Assembly: GCA_965263355.1 (NCBI GenBank)
Contig: CBDHHL010000032.1
Span: 2,784,001 to 2,848,000 of the forward strand
Direction: 5' to 3'
DNA: 64,000 nucleotides
Source: Leptolyngbyaceae cyanobacterium
Lineage (GTDB): Bacteria; Cyanobacteriota; Cyanobacteriia; Phormidesmidales; Phormidesmidaceae
Shown piece by piece: positions 9,399-19,255 of this stretch. A program made the position numbers and the translations under genes. Under the pieces are notes generated by a model. The model was not told the origin of the DNA, did no database searches, and saw nothing but the letters and a program-made list of their open reading frames with translations. Positions within the stretch are counted from its first letter, which is position 1; each line of letters starts with the position of its first letter.

Positions 9399-11132
9399 TT
9401 ATGCGTAAACAAAGTCTGCAGACGCAAACACATTAGTGGTGTCTTGCACTACTGCAATCACATCATCCTGGAAGGATATTACGGTATCAGTTGCACTGGT
9501 ACCAGCCCCTAGGCCAGTCCATTGTGTCACTTCTAAAGAATAATCGCTCAGCGTACCACTATCATAAACCTGGAATTTATCACCTTCTGCCCAATAGAAG
9601 TCAGTGATAATGGCATATCCAGCATCACCATCACCAGTGTAGTAGGCTCCTAAAGAATTTCCTAAAACAAACGTATCAGCACCGTCATTGGTGTCTTCAT
9701 CACCAGGTTGTGAGTAACCAAACTCTCCCGTTAAAGTATCAATCTCTCCTAAGGTACCGCCATAACCATTCAAGAAATCATCGCCACTTTCACCGATTAA
9801 TCTGTCTGACCCTGCCCCACCCAGGAGCGTATCATTGCCAGTCCAGCCAAGCAACGTATCCTCACCATTACCGCCAGACATCAAATCATCGCCAGTCCAG
9901 CCATCGATAAAATCGTTGCCTGATTCTCCATACAATGAATCATTCCCAGCACCACCATCGATAAAGTCGTTACCAAAATAGCCCAAGATAGTATCATCAC
10001 CATCTTTACCATAAAGGTCATCATCCCCAGACCAACCGTCGATGAGGTTGTTCGCAGCATTACCCGTAATCACATCATCACCAGCACCACCAATGGCATT
10101 TTCAATCACTACACCATTAGCAATGGTAAAGCCACCATAAATCCCTTCCACTGACGAGAGATAACCACCCGCATTCGGGCCAACGAGTGGAGCCTCATTC
10201 AGATTAATCGTAGCATCTCCCGTAGTGCTGTAGCCAACAGTGATAGTATCGACACCGCCTGCATCCCAGATACTGGAATAGAAAGTACCACTGGCATTAA
10301 CAGTTGGTAGCTCGTAGGTATCATTGCCGGTGTTGTAACTCATGTTAGCACCGTAAAGGGCCTGAATCGCTGCGATGTCAAGCGCCATAGGTGTGCCTTG
10401 ATAACCATAGCTGCTACCAACGGGCAAACCATCTGCAACGTTCCCATCGTTGTAGGTCATGGTTGTCCACAGACCCTGATTAAGTCCAAAATCGCCTGTA
10501 TCCCAGGGACTAGATACTCCTGGAAAAACAGAAGAGCCACCGCCTGCGTCATGGGGATGGGCAAGACCTAATCCATGGCCAATTTCATGGATCATCGTGA
10601 TAAAACCAAAGCCACCCTGCTGCAAGCCAGCAAAGTTCCAACCAAGACCTTGCCAGTTGAAATAGCCGATACCCATCCCTAAAGTGCCAGGAGGTTTCAT
10701 CATACCCAAGGCACCCAGCTGATTATCTGTAAGATACAGACCTAACGTGGCCTCTGCATCATTATCTGTAGACTCCACAAAGGTAATATTGGCGACGTTA
10801 CTCCAGGTTTCAAGCGCAGCTTCCATAGCTGCTTTTTCATAGTCAAACCAGTCATACGCTGTCGTTGCGTAGTTGCCATAGAAATCATCAAATGACTCTG
10901 ATCCATTTCCCCAAAAGGAATATTCGATCACGCCATCAGCCCCAACATCCCATTTATTACCGCCCCACAAAATGCTGTCGACATAGGTGTTACCGGTAAT
11001 CGGTGCATTGGTAGCAGGTAGAATTTTAGCTTCGCTGTTTTCAAGTACGCTACTTACTAGATCCTGATCGAGAAGACCATGTTTACAGCCAGAACCGCAA
11101 CCAGGGCCGCAAATGTGGTGATTATGAGGCAT
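9399..11132 (-). CDS. M10 family (serralysin/matrixin-like) zinc metalloprotease with RTX Ca-binding repeats
   Basis: HEIGHGLGLAHPH zinc motif, Met-turn TTMTY, TPMALDIAAIQALYG, IWDAGGVDT, IENAIGGAGDD and several GGxGxD repeats; no Sec signal peptide. Confidence 0.92.
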   Translation of the reverse strand: MPHNHHICGPGCGSGCKHGLLDQDLVSSVLENSEAKILPATNAPITGNTYVDSILWGGNKWDVGADGVIEYSFWGNGSESFDDFYGNYATTAYDWFDYEKAAMEAALETWSNVANITFVESTDNDAEATLGLYLTDNQLGALGMMKPPGTLGMGIGYFNWQGLGWNFAGLQQGGFGFITMIHEIGHGLGLAHPHDAGGGSSVFPGVSSPWDTGDFGLNQGLWTTMTYNDGNVADGLPVGSSYGYQGTPMALDIAAIQALYGANMSYNTGNDTYELPTVNASGTFYSSIWDAGGVDTITVGYSTTGDATINLNEAPLVGPNAGGYLSSVEGIYGGFTIANGVVIENAIGGAGDDVITGNAANNLIDGWSGDDDLYGKDGDDTILGYFGNDFIDGGAGNDSLYGESGNDFIDGWTGDDLMSGGNGEDTLLGWTGNDTLLGGAGSDRLIGESGDDFLNGYGGTLGEIDTLTGEFGYSQPGDEDTNDGADTFVLGNSLGAYYTGDGDAGYAIITDFYWAEGDKFQVYDSGTLSDYSLEVTQWTGLGAGTSATDTVISFQDDVIAVVQDTTNVFASADFVYA

Positions 11133-11543
11133 GACTTTTTAGCTCTCGTTAAATGCGTTGTTGATTATTTGGGCAAACTGATACTCACCCCTGATTGACT
11201 CCAGAGTAAGAAATATCTGTTGTAAAAACCTTGGTTCTTTGTGTCTGATTACCAACAGCTTTTGGAGAACGATCTTTCCGAAAAGTGCAATCTACATTTG
11301 AGCAGACATGACAGCCCCTAAAACTACCCGAGTGGGTACCTGCAATATCTCAATTCAAAGCCTACAATGGCTCGCCATGGGATCCACTAAGATTGGGTAT
11401 ACAAATTACAATGGAAGTGCTGGAGTTAGCAGATGGAGAGGGTAATGGCTAAGACTGCACTAAAGCTATGCCCCAAGGAATGGAAACACTGAATGGAAAC
11501 ACTACTCGACCACGCCTTACACCAGAGCCCGATGTAAGGACGC

Positions 11544-11880
11544 ATGGCAAAAGCAATTGACAGTAGCTGTCCATCTGATAGGAATTGGCACCAATTCCTA
11601 CTTGAGCAAATGGCAGCTGAGATTCCAGGAAAACGACCTGCTGTTAATGCCTCTTGCGTAGAACAGTAGCTGTCCATCTGATAGGAATTGGCACCAATTC
11701 CTACGCAAATGGCAGCTGAGATTCCAGGAAAACGACCTGCTGTTATAGAGCAGAGTATTAATGCTCTAAGCCTCTTGCGTAGAACGCGATATGTCACACG
11801 TCATATATACCCATTCAAAGTAGATGATTCGCGTATACAACAAGCTATTCAACAAATTAGATACTTGTTTAAGTTGTTTT
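11544..11880 (+). pseudogene. Degraded HepT-like (HEPN) ribonuclease toxin fragment with internal tandem duplication
   Basis: Translates as MAKAIDSSCPSDRNWHQFLLEQMAAEIPGKRPAV, then in a shifted frame ...IEQSINALSLLRRTRYVTRHIYPFKVDDSRIQ; resembles HepT-like WHxxLLxQM..EIP..RPAVI...RHxxRxxY. Stops and frameshifts are present. Confidence 0.6.
11561..11784 (+). repeat. Tandem duplication, ~103-bp period, 2 copies
   Basis: cagtagctgtccatctgataggaattggcaccaattcctac...ccaggaaaacgacctgctgtta...gcctcttgcgtagaa starts at 11561 and at 11664; the copies differ by small indels. Confidence 0.9.
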
Positions 11881-12540
11881 CTAGCCCAAACGCCAGCGTT
11901 GGGCGTATTTCCGTAAGTAGGTGCCGATGGCCTGCACCGACAAGAAAAGATGAGTAAACGTTGGTAGCATTGCAGAAATGCCAACAACAATACCAAAGTA
12001 AATATTCTTCAGATTGCGCTTATTAGTGGGATCAGTAACTGCTGCCATCACCCGCGATTCATACACTTCAGCGCGCGTTGTCAAGGATTCTGGTGAGTGT
12101 TGAACGAAACTAATTAACCAGCCCGAGAACGAAAAGACAAATAAAACCCACCATGTGGCAACAATGGCAATCACAATATCCACACTCAGGTGAGCGATAT
12201 AACTAGCCAGCGATGTTGTTTTTAATGCCCGCTTCGCAATCCAGACGGTGATAAAAAATGACAGGCTGTCGAATAATGCGCCTAAAATGCCTACAGGAAA
12301 CTGGAGCAGAAAATAATGCATGCGTTCATCACCAAACGCCTCTTCCGGATAAGCCGTCAACAACGCTAGCCAGTAGCAGCTCATGTTCAACAGCGTGAAA
12401 AATATAAAGAGCTTAGGAAAAAACGAGACTAAGCTACCGCGATGCGTTTCATAGTAATTTAATAACCGCGCTAAGGATCGCTTCCAAATAGCCATAATCG
12501 GGCGTACGCGCAGTTTACGTAAAGCGGTAGGAATTTTCAT
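11881..12540 (-). CDS. Hypothetical integral membrane protein
   Basis: 219-aa ORF with about 4 hydrophobic segments. Confidence 0.75.
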   Translation of the reverse strand: MKIPTALRKLRVRPIMAIWKRSLARLLNYYETHRGSLVSFFPKLFIFFTLLNMSCYWLALLTAYPEEAFGDERMHYFLLQFPVGILGALFDSLSFFITVWIAKRALKTTSLASYIAHLSVDIVIAIVATWWVLFVFSFSGWLISFVQHSPESLTTRAEVYESRVMAAVTDPTNKRNLKNIYFGIVVGISAMLPTFTHLFLSVQAIGTYLRKYAQRWRLG

Positions 12541-12748
12541 AATATGAGCTTAATTAGTCGACGAGTGAAGTCGTTTTTGATTTTTAGTTATTTTGCTTAA
12601 CATAACTGAAAAATTTTCAAACGTGTACCGTACTCTTTCTGGAAACTCGGTATTTATACATAGTGACGTACGCAAATATGAGTTGAGCGAGATCGCACCT
12701 CCCACACATGCGTAAAGAAAATCCATGATAAAAATCACAGTGAGATGT

Positions 12749-13435
12749 TTAAATCTCATTCGGGTCCACGCCCAATTCTCGAAGCTTGGCCACAAGTTGC
12801 TGATTTCGTTGCCGTTCTGCTTTAGCTGATTCCTCAGGCGTTGGGACTATCTGCCCATCAGCATCAAAGAAGCGTAGCTGCTCTTGATAAACGCCTAGAT
12901 ACAATCCTAACTGTTGACTCCAGCGCCACCCCTCTGCAGTGGGTTCAATCGGCTGGTAGGTGCCATCCACCAGATGAAAGCCTTCAAACTCAAAGCTATG
13001 GGGATCAAACCAGAAATAGTCTGGAGTACGGAAAATAGTCTGATAAATTTCTTTCTTCAAACCCCGATCCGTTTTTGCTGTAGAGTCTGACAGCAATTCC
13101 ACAATCACATTGGGATATTTACCATCTTCCTCCCACACAGTCCAACTCTTGCGGGGACGTTTTTCTGTCCCCAACACCACAAAAAAATCCGGCCCACGAA
13201 AATCTTCTGACTTTAACTTACGAGCACTGTAGTAGACCGTCAGGTTACCGGCAGCAAAGTAATCTTGACGGTCTTGCCACAACCAGTCTAAGCACTTCAT
13301 TAGAAGAAAAAGTTGTTGCAAATGCTGATAACTTTCCAATGGAGGTTCATCACTGTATAGGCCACAGGGAGGCAAGACAACTTCGTCAGCGCTACTTGAC
13401 TGCGTTGGTGAAACTTCCGTAGTTGAAGCGGACAT
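12749..13435 (-). CDS. Uma2 family (DUF820) restriction-endonuclease-like protein
   Basis: SDEPPLES..H, FRGPDFFVV, PNVIVELLSDST...DRGLKK, YFWFDP; typical cyanobacterial C-terminus KLRELGVDP. Confidence 0.9.
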   Translation of the reverse strand: MSASTTEVSPTQSSSADEVVLPPCGLYSDEPPLESYQHLQQLFLLMKCLDWLWQDRQDYFAAGNLTVYYSARKLKSEDFRGPDFFVVLGTEKRPRKSWTVWEEDGKYPNVIVELLSDSTAKTDRGLKKEIYQTIFRTPDYFWFDPHSFEFEGFHLVDGTYQPIEPTAEGWRWSQQLGLYLGVYQEQLRFFDADGQIVPTPEESAKAERQRNQQLVAKLRELGVDPNEI

Positions 13436-13479
13436 AGGCAAAGTCGTCCAATACACTAGTATTAGTGTAGCAATTTTTT

Positions 13480-16400
13480 CTACAGTGGTTGCCAGTTACC
13501 AGTGAGAATAAATGCTGCCCAATAGTAAGGATGACTGTAGGGTCCTTCCGAGGCAATCATCTCTAGCTGCACGTTGCGTAGCGCCTCACTACGACCTTGG
13601 CCAGCCGTCAGCTTTTCATAGTAGCGGCTCATCAGGCTCTGGGTACCGTAATCACTCACCGGCCATAGACTCATCAACTGAGCCTCAGCACCGGCCAGAG
13701 CAAAGGCTCGCCGCAGTCCATACACCCCCTCCCCGTTGGCAATATCCCCCAGGCCTGTCTCACAGGCAGACAGTACCACCAGCTGAGTGCCTAAAAGATT
13801 GAGCTGTGACGCTTCTAAGGCCGTAAAAACACCATCTTCGCGACCGCTACTACGAGGATTGAATCCTGCCAGAGCTAGGCCGGAGCGCAGCAGAGGATTT
13901 TCTACAGGCGCACTGCTGGAGAATTGAGTGGTGAAGACATTAAAACTCAGTTCAAAGGTCTCTACCTGAGGGGCCAGATAGTTTAAAGCAGGTAAGAAAA
14001 AGCTATGGGTCGCAATGTGCAGAATGCGGGGACTTTTGACTTGCTTTAGGCTATTTTCGGTAGCGTTAGTCCCAGTAAACATTTCAGCATCTGGGAGGAG
14101 GGCTGCGATCGCATCGGCTTCTGCGGCAGTTCCTGGTAACGGATCTACTCTCAGCTTGCTTAATTCAATCGAGTAATGATTATTGCCAAAATCACGATTT
14201 TCCTCTTGATCCTGCTGAGAACTCATAGATTCCTGTACTAGCTGCTCCCGTGCCTCAGCTATTTCATAATCAGGATTTGCCACAATTACAGATGGATTAA
14301 GACTGGACTCAACAACATTAAACCGAAGCAAATCACGTCCAGAATTGAGATAGCTAATTTGGTATTTCTGCACCAGATAGTCTCCCCCCGCCTCAGATTG
14401 AAGGGCCTCAAAGGGCAAACGGTTGAGCTGACCATCGGGAGAAATAAGCAGATGCTCTACACCTTGCAGATAGGAAGCCATAGGCTCGAACACTAGTTTG
14501 TGAATCGATTGAGTGGTCTTTACAACAATTTCGGACCCTACAGTTGGGAGGTTATTAGCTTGTTGTAGATTTTCATGAGTGTTCCGTAGGAATCGTGTAA
14601 ATGCCCATACGGCTGTATCAATGTCAGCTGCAGCACCCAAATCTACCGCTTCAATGCGTTTATCGGAGAATAGCAGATAAGCTGCATACCGAGGCTCCCC
14701 CATTTTCTCGGTCTCTGGATAGGAAGGCGTGTAAAGTACATACTCCAACAAAACACTATTATCTGGCAGACTAGCAACAACCGCGTCCCAATCAACCCGC
14801 TGGGTGTCGGCACAAAAAATAGCGTTATGACGAGCGAGTGCTGACTCTACCTGGGTGGCTTCCGCTGTTAGCTGATGTAGCTGTGTTCGATACTGATTTG
14901 ATGAGAAATGGTTGGGTGGATTAAACATCAACGCCGACAACTGTCGGCGGATTTGATTTAGCTGAGCTAGCAGTGCCTGAGCTTCTGGATTTAGGTTGTT
15001 TAGTAAACGCTGTTGGTTACCACTCAACATATCGAGGATAAACCCTTTACGTTGCAAAACTGTATTCAATGCGGTGCGTCTGGCTCGTTCATCTTGTGGC
15101 AGATGTTGAAGATTGAGTGAGATAATACTATCGTCCGTTCCTGCCATGGATTGAAGATAAGCTTGCTGTGTCTCCTCAGGTTGGCTGGCTAGGTTATAGC
15201 GAAGATACTCATCCAGAATCTGGAGACTTTGTTCCTCATAGTCAAGGGCCTGATAGTAATCGCCTTGAACCTTATATAAAAAAGCCAGATTGAACAAAGA
15301 CTGGGCATTGTTTATCGTTATTGAATTGTCATGAATCGCAATTGCTCGTTTGTAAAGGTTTTCGGCTTCTGGATATCGACGCATTGAACGATAGAGCAAG
15401 GCTAGGTTGTTAAGGCTTATGGCAGTGGAGGGGTGCTTCGAGCCTAATTTTTCTTCTAAAATATCTAGTGCACGAGTTAAAACATGTTCTGCATCTTGAT
15501 AACGCTTTGTCTCACGATACATCACCCCTAGGCTGTTCAGACTGGTGGCCGTAGATGGATGATTTGCGCCTAACTGTTCTTCTTTTAACTTCAAAACTTT
15601 GCTATAAAGAGATTCAGCTTGCTCATATTGCTGCGTTTCAACATACAGTGAGCCTAAATTATTCAGCGTCTTGACATCTTCTCGAATATTGAGAGCCTTT
15701 AAGTAAAGGGATTCGGCTTTTTTGTATTGACCTGTGGCTGAATAAATCAGCGCCAGGTTATTTAGACTGATCGCAATGTCTGGGTGATGAGGCTGGAATC
15801 TCGTTTCTCGGATTTCTAATGCTCTGATTAGTGAGTCTTCAGCTTCAGTAGAACGCCCCATGTCTTTATAAAGTAAACCAAGATTGCTCAGGCTAGTGGC
15901 AATACCAGGATGGTCCCCCTCCAACACCTGTTTTTGCATTGAGAGCACTTGCTTGTGGAGACGTTCTGACTCTTCGTACCGTCCCGTGACTTGATGTAGG
16001 TGAGCTAAGGAGGCAAGGCTGGTCAGCGTGTTAGGATGATCCTCTCCTAATATCTGCCGGTGGATATCGAGTGCTTGAGAGAACAGGTCATGGGCGTCTT
16101 CATAACGCCCCATTGCATCATAGACCTGGCCAAGATTTCGCAGACTTGTAGCAGTATCAGAATTAAAGTCTCCAAAGGCTGCTTTTTGACTTGCCACAAC
16201 TTGCAGAAATATTGCCTCCGCTTCTTGGTAGCGCTCCATTTTTTGATACAGAGAGGCTAAATTATTGAGGGCAATCACTGTATTAGGATGATTGTTGCCT
16301 AAACGCTGCTCAAGAATTTTCAGAGAACGCTGATTTAACGATAGGGCTTTTTCATAGCGCCCCATCAAATTGTACAAGCTGGCCAAATTATCCAAGCTAA

Positions 16401-17259
16401 TGGCTGTCTCAGGGTGATCTTCACCTAATTGTTCTACTTGAGCTGTTAAAACTCCGTAGTATGCACGCTTGGCTTGATCGTAACGTCCTGTCTCCTGGTA
16501 TAGACTAGCCAGATTACTCAGGCTGAGTAAGGTATGGAAATTATCAGCCCCTAATTGCTGTTCAAAAATGAGTAATGCTTTTTCATTGAAAGCCAGGGCC
16601 TGCTCATAGTTCCCTTTCATCTGATAAAGCAGTGCCAGATTATCAATGGTAATAGCTGTATCAGGATGATCAGTGCCCAGCTGCTGCTCCTGAATACTCA
16701 AGGCCTGTTGATAAACAAGCTCAGCCTTATCATAGGCTCCCATGCGCCGATGGAGCAGTCCCAGGGTATTCAAAATTTGGGCTACCTCTAGGTGGTTTTC
16801 ACCCAATTCAGCCTCACGGATGACAAGTAATCGTTGATAAAGGGATTTTGACTTAGTGTACTTACCAGCTTCTAAATAAACGCTCGCCAAGCTCTTAAGG
16901 GTGTCAATCGTTTCAGCATGATCACTACCGAGTTGTTCCTCTCTGATGGAGAAGGCTTGCTGATACAACGTCTCTGCTTTGTCAAAATTTCCCGATGCCT
17001 GATGTAGTCGACCTAACTTATTCAGACTGAACGCAGTGTAGCGATGTTGAGGGCCATACTGTGCTTGGTCGATGGCCAGAGCTTCCTCGGCCAGGGGAAT
17101 CGCTTCATCATAGCGTTCTGCTTGATAAAGTTCAGACACTCTCTCATATAGATACTTCACTCGCTGCAATGGATCTGCTGACTCTAGAGAAAGCTCTGAA
17201 TTGAAGCTCGGCATTGTCTGACTTCCTTGGCAAGCATCGGCTAGGAAATATGTCTCCAC
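13480..17259 (-). CDS. Tetratricopeptide-repeat + CHAT (caspase-like) domain protein
   Basis: Many 42-aa kinesin-light-chain-type TPRs (LGxDHPxTAxSLNNLA); CHAT motifs ISPDGQLNRLPFEAL, LPGTAAE, ILHIATH, LVVLSACETG, SLWPVSD, HPYYWAAF. Confidence 0.92.
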   Translation of the reverse strand: METYFLADACQGSQTMPSFNSELSLESADPLQRVKYLYERVSELYQAERYDEAIPLAEEALAIDQAQYGPQHRYTAFSLNKLGRLHQASGNFDKAETLYQQAFSIREEQLGSDHAETIDTLKSLASVYLEAGKYTKSKSLYQRLLVIREAELGENHLEVAQILNTLGLLHRRMGAYDKAELVYQQALSIQEQQLGTDHPDTAITIDNLALLYQMKGNYEQALAFNEKALLIFEQQLGADNFHTLLSLSNLASLYQETGRYDQAKRAYYGVLTAQVEQLGEDHPETAISLDNLASLYNLMGRYEKALSLNQRSLKILEQRLGNNHPNTVIALNNLASLYQKMERYQEAEAIFLQVVASQKAAFGDFNSDTATSLRNLGQVYDAMGRYEDAHDLFSQALDIHRQILGEDHPNTLTSLASLAHLHQVTGRYEESERLHKQVLSMQKQVLEGDHPGIATSLSNLGLLYKDMGRSTEAEDSLIRALEIRETRFQPHHPDIAISLNNLALIYSATGQYKKAESLYLKALNIREDVKTLNNLGSLYVETQQYEQAESLYSKVLKLKEEQLGANHPSTATSLNSLGVMYRETKRYQDAEHVLTRALDILEEKLGSKHPSTAISLNNLALLYRSMRRYPEAENLYKRAIAIHDNSITINNAQSLFNLAFLYKVQGDYYQALDYEEQSLQILDEYLRYNLASQPEETQQAYLQSMAGTDDSIISLNLQHLPQDERARRTALNTVLQRKGFILDMLSGNQQRLLNNLNPEAQALLAQLNQIRRQLSALMFNPPNHFSSNQYRTQLHQLTAEATQVESALARHNAIFCADTQRVDWDAVVASLPDNSVLLEYVLYTPSYPETEKMGEPRYAAYLLFSDKRIEAVDLGAAADIDTAVWAFTRFLRNTHENLQQANNLPTVGSEIVVKTTQSIHKLVFEPMASYLQGVEHLLISPDGQLNRLPFEALQSEAGGDYLVQKYQISYLNSGRDLLRFNVVESSLNPSVIVANPDYEIAEAREQLVQESMSSQQDQEENRDFGNNHYSIELSKLRVDPLPGTAAEADAIAALLPDAEMFTGTNATENSLKQVKSPRILHIATHSFFLPALNYLAPQVETFELSFNVFTTQFSSSAPVENPLLRSGLALAGFNPRSSGREDGVFTALEASQLNLLGTQLVVLSACETGLGDIANGEGVYGLRRAFALAGAEAQLMSLWPVSDYGTQSLMSRYYEKLTAGQGRSEALRNVQLEMIASEGPYSHPYYWAAFILTGNWQPL

Positions 17260-17328
17260 AGGTCAAGGAGTTATTCAAGTCAGGAGCATTTATCTGCCGT
17301 AGCCTCACCGTCTCAAGAGCCCAGTATT

Positions 17329-19083
17329 CTACATGCGCTCTAACACCGAAATCCCAAGTAGGGAAAGGCCTAACTTGAGCGTGCGTGCGGTTAAATCACA
17401 TAGCATCAGCCGTGAGGTCCGCTGAGGTTCATCTGCCTGCAGCACTGAGCAACGGTCGTAGAACTGGTTAAACTTTTGGCTGAGTTCAAACAGATATTGA
17501 CACAGGCGATTAGGATATAAATCCCGTGCTACTTCCATCACAGTAGTATCCAATTCTAATAAATGCTTTGCCAGGGTCAATTCTGCATCATTCTCTAACA
17601 GAATAGGGGCATCCCCTAGCTGAGTAAAGTCAATGTCACCCTTGCGGCTAATGCCCTGCACCCGCACATAGGCATACAGCATGTAAGGGGCTGTATTGCC
17701 TTGCAGAGCGAGCATTTTATCGAAGCTAAAAATATAATCACTGGTGCGATTTTGGCTCAAGTCGGCATATTTAACAGCACCCATGCCCACTGCCGTTGAA
17801 ACAGCCTGGATAAACTCTTGCGATTCATCTCGATTCTCATCCGTAATCCGCTGTTGCAAATCCTTTTCGGCACGATCTATAGCTTCATCTAACAAGTCCT
17901 TTAGTTTAATCGTCTCACCAGAACGTGTCTTGAGCTTTTTACCATCTTCTCCTTTGACAAGACCAAAGGGAACATGGACCAGTTCCACCCCATCGGGCAC
18001 CCAATGGGCTCGATTCGCCACCTGAAATACTTGGGCAAAGTGGTTAGCCTGCCCCGCATCAGTAATATAGATCACTCGCTTAGCCTTTTCATCAATGGTG
18101 CGCTGACGGATGGCAGCGAGATCAGTGGTGGCATAGTTAAAGCCGCCGTCAGATTTTTGTACAATCAATGGCTGCGGATCGCCATCTTTGTTAGTAAATC
18201 CTTCTAGGAAAACAACTTGAGCACCCTGATCTTCTTCTAATAACTCTAGCGTTTTGAGATCGTTGACAACAGCTTCTAAAAGAGGATTATAAAAAGATTC
18301 TCCCCGTTCTTCGATGGTAATATCCAACCGATCATAGATTTTCTGAAATTCTTGACGAGATTGGTTACAGAGCACTTGCCACGCAAGACGGGCCGTCTCT
18401 TCGCCTGACTGTAGGTCAACAACGGCTTCACGGGATGTGGTTTTGAAGTCTTCGTCCTCGTCAAACCGTTTTTTGGCCTGTTTGTAAAAGGTAACCAGAT
18501 CACCAATATCCACCGTTGATGCCTCGGTCATGGCCTCAGGACAGACATCTCGCAAATGGGTAATCAGCATGCCAAACTGGGTACCCCAATCACCGACGTG
18601 GTTTAACCGTAGTACGTCATGGCCCAAAAACTCTAGGGTGCGGGCAATGGACTCACCAATAATGGTGGAACGCAGGTGCCCCACATGCATTTCTTTGGCG
18701 ATGTTGGGACTGGAAAAATCGACGATGGTACGCTGGGTCGGATTAGCCACAGGAACTCCCAGCCGTTCATCGGCATAAACGGCTTTGAGCTGGGCTTGCA
18801 GATAGTCGGTTTTGAATTTGAGGTTGATAAAGCCAGGGCCAGCGATTTGGGGTGCTTCGCAGAGGTCTTCGATGGTCAGGTTTTCGACGATTTTGGTTGC
18901 GATCGCCCTTGGCTTATCCTTCAGTTGCTTAGCCAACGACATCGCTACATTCGCCTGATAGTCGCCAAACTTAGGATTATTCGTTGGCACCAATACCGGG
19001 TCTGTGCCCTCCAAATCAGGGCCAAATGCATTTACAAGGGCCGTTTGCAGGCGCTGTTTTAGATCATCGAGGGTGGATAACAT
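17329..19083 (-). CDS. argS: Arginine--tRNA ligase
   Basis: [57 protein letters not shown]-terminal LGI..LERM. Confidence 0.98.
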   Translation of the reverse strand: MLSTLDDLKQRLQTALVNAFGPDLEGTDPVLVPTNNPKFGDYQANVAMSLAKQLKDKPRAIATKIVENLTIEDLCEAPQIAGPGFINLKFKTDYLQAQLKAVYADERLGVPVANPTQRTIVDFSSPNIAKEMHVGHLRSTIIGESIARTLEFLGHDVLRLNHVGDWGTQFGMLITHLRDVCPEAMTEASTVDIGDLVTFYKQAKKRFDEDEDFKTTSREAVVDLQSGEETARLAWQVLCNQSRQEFQKIYDRLDITIEERGESFYNPLLEAVVNDLKTLELLEEDQGAQVVFLEGFTNKDGDPQPLIVQKSDGGFNYATTDLAAIRQRTIDEKAKRVIYITDAGQANHFAQVFQVANRAHWVPDGVELVHVPFGLVKGEDGKKLKTRSGETIKLKDLLDEAIDRAEKDLQQRITDENRDESQEFIQAVSTAVGMGAVKYADLSQNRTSDYIFSFDKMLALQGNTAPYMLYAYVRVQGISRKGDIDFTQLGDAPILLENDAELTLAKHLLELDTTVMEVARDLYPNRLCQYLFELSQKFNQFYDRCSVLQADEPQRTSRLMLCDLTARTLKLGLSLLGISVLERM

Positions 19084-19255
19084 GGACACCGACTCACAAT
19101 AAGCAACCTATAGCCTATCAAGTCCTCTTACAGATTGCGCTACATCGTTTGCCAGTAGGCACAAAAAACTGTGGCCTATGGCTCATTGTTAGGTTTGGGT
19201 ATATGGCCTTCCCTAAAATATAGGAGGTCATTGCCTGAAAAGCGCACATGTCCCC

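Noticed and set aside
11478..11503. gaatggaaacact x2 resembling the Yfr2 sRNA GGAAACA double motif
   Set aside because: I could not see the enclosing stem or conserved 5' motif; likely a 13-bp micro-duplication in decaying sequence.
11561..11784. Palindrome-containing repeat as a possible CRISPR array or MITE
   Set aside because: Only two ~103-bp copies, no unique spacers, no cas genes; better explained as a duplication within a pseudogene.
13480..17259. TPR-CHAT protein as part of a type III-E CRISPR (Craspase) or other defence system
   Set aside because: No gRAMP/cas genes or array nearby; stand-alone TPR-CHAT proteins are common in filamentous cyanobacteria.
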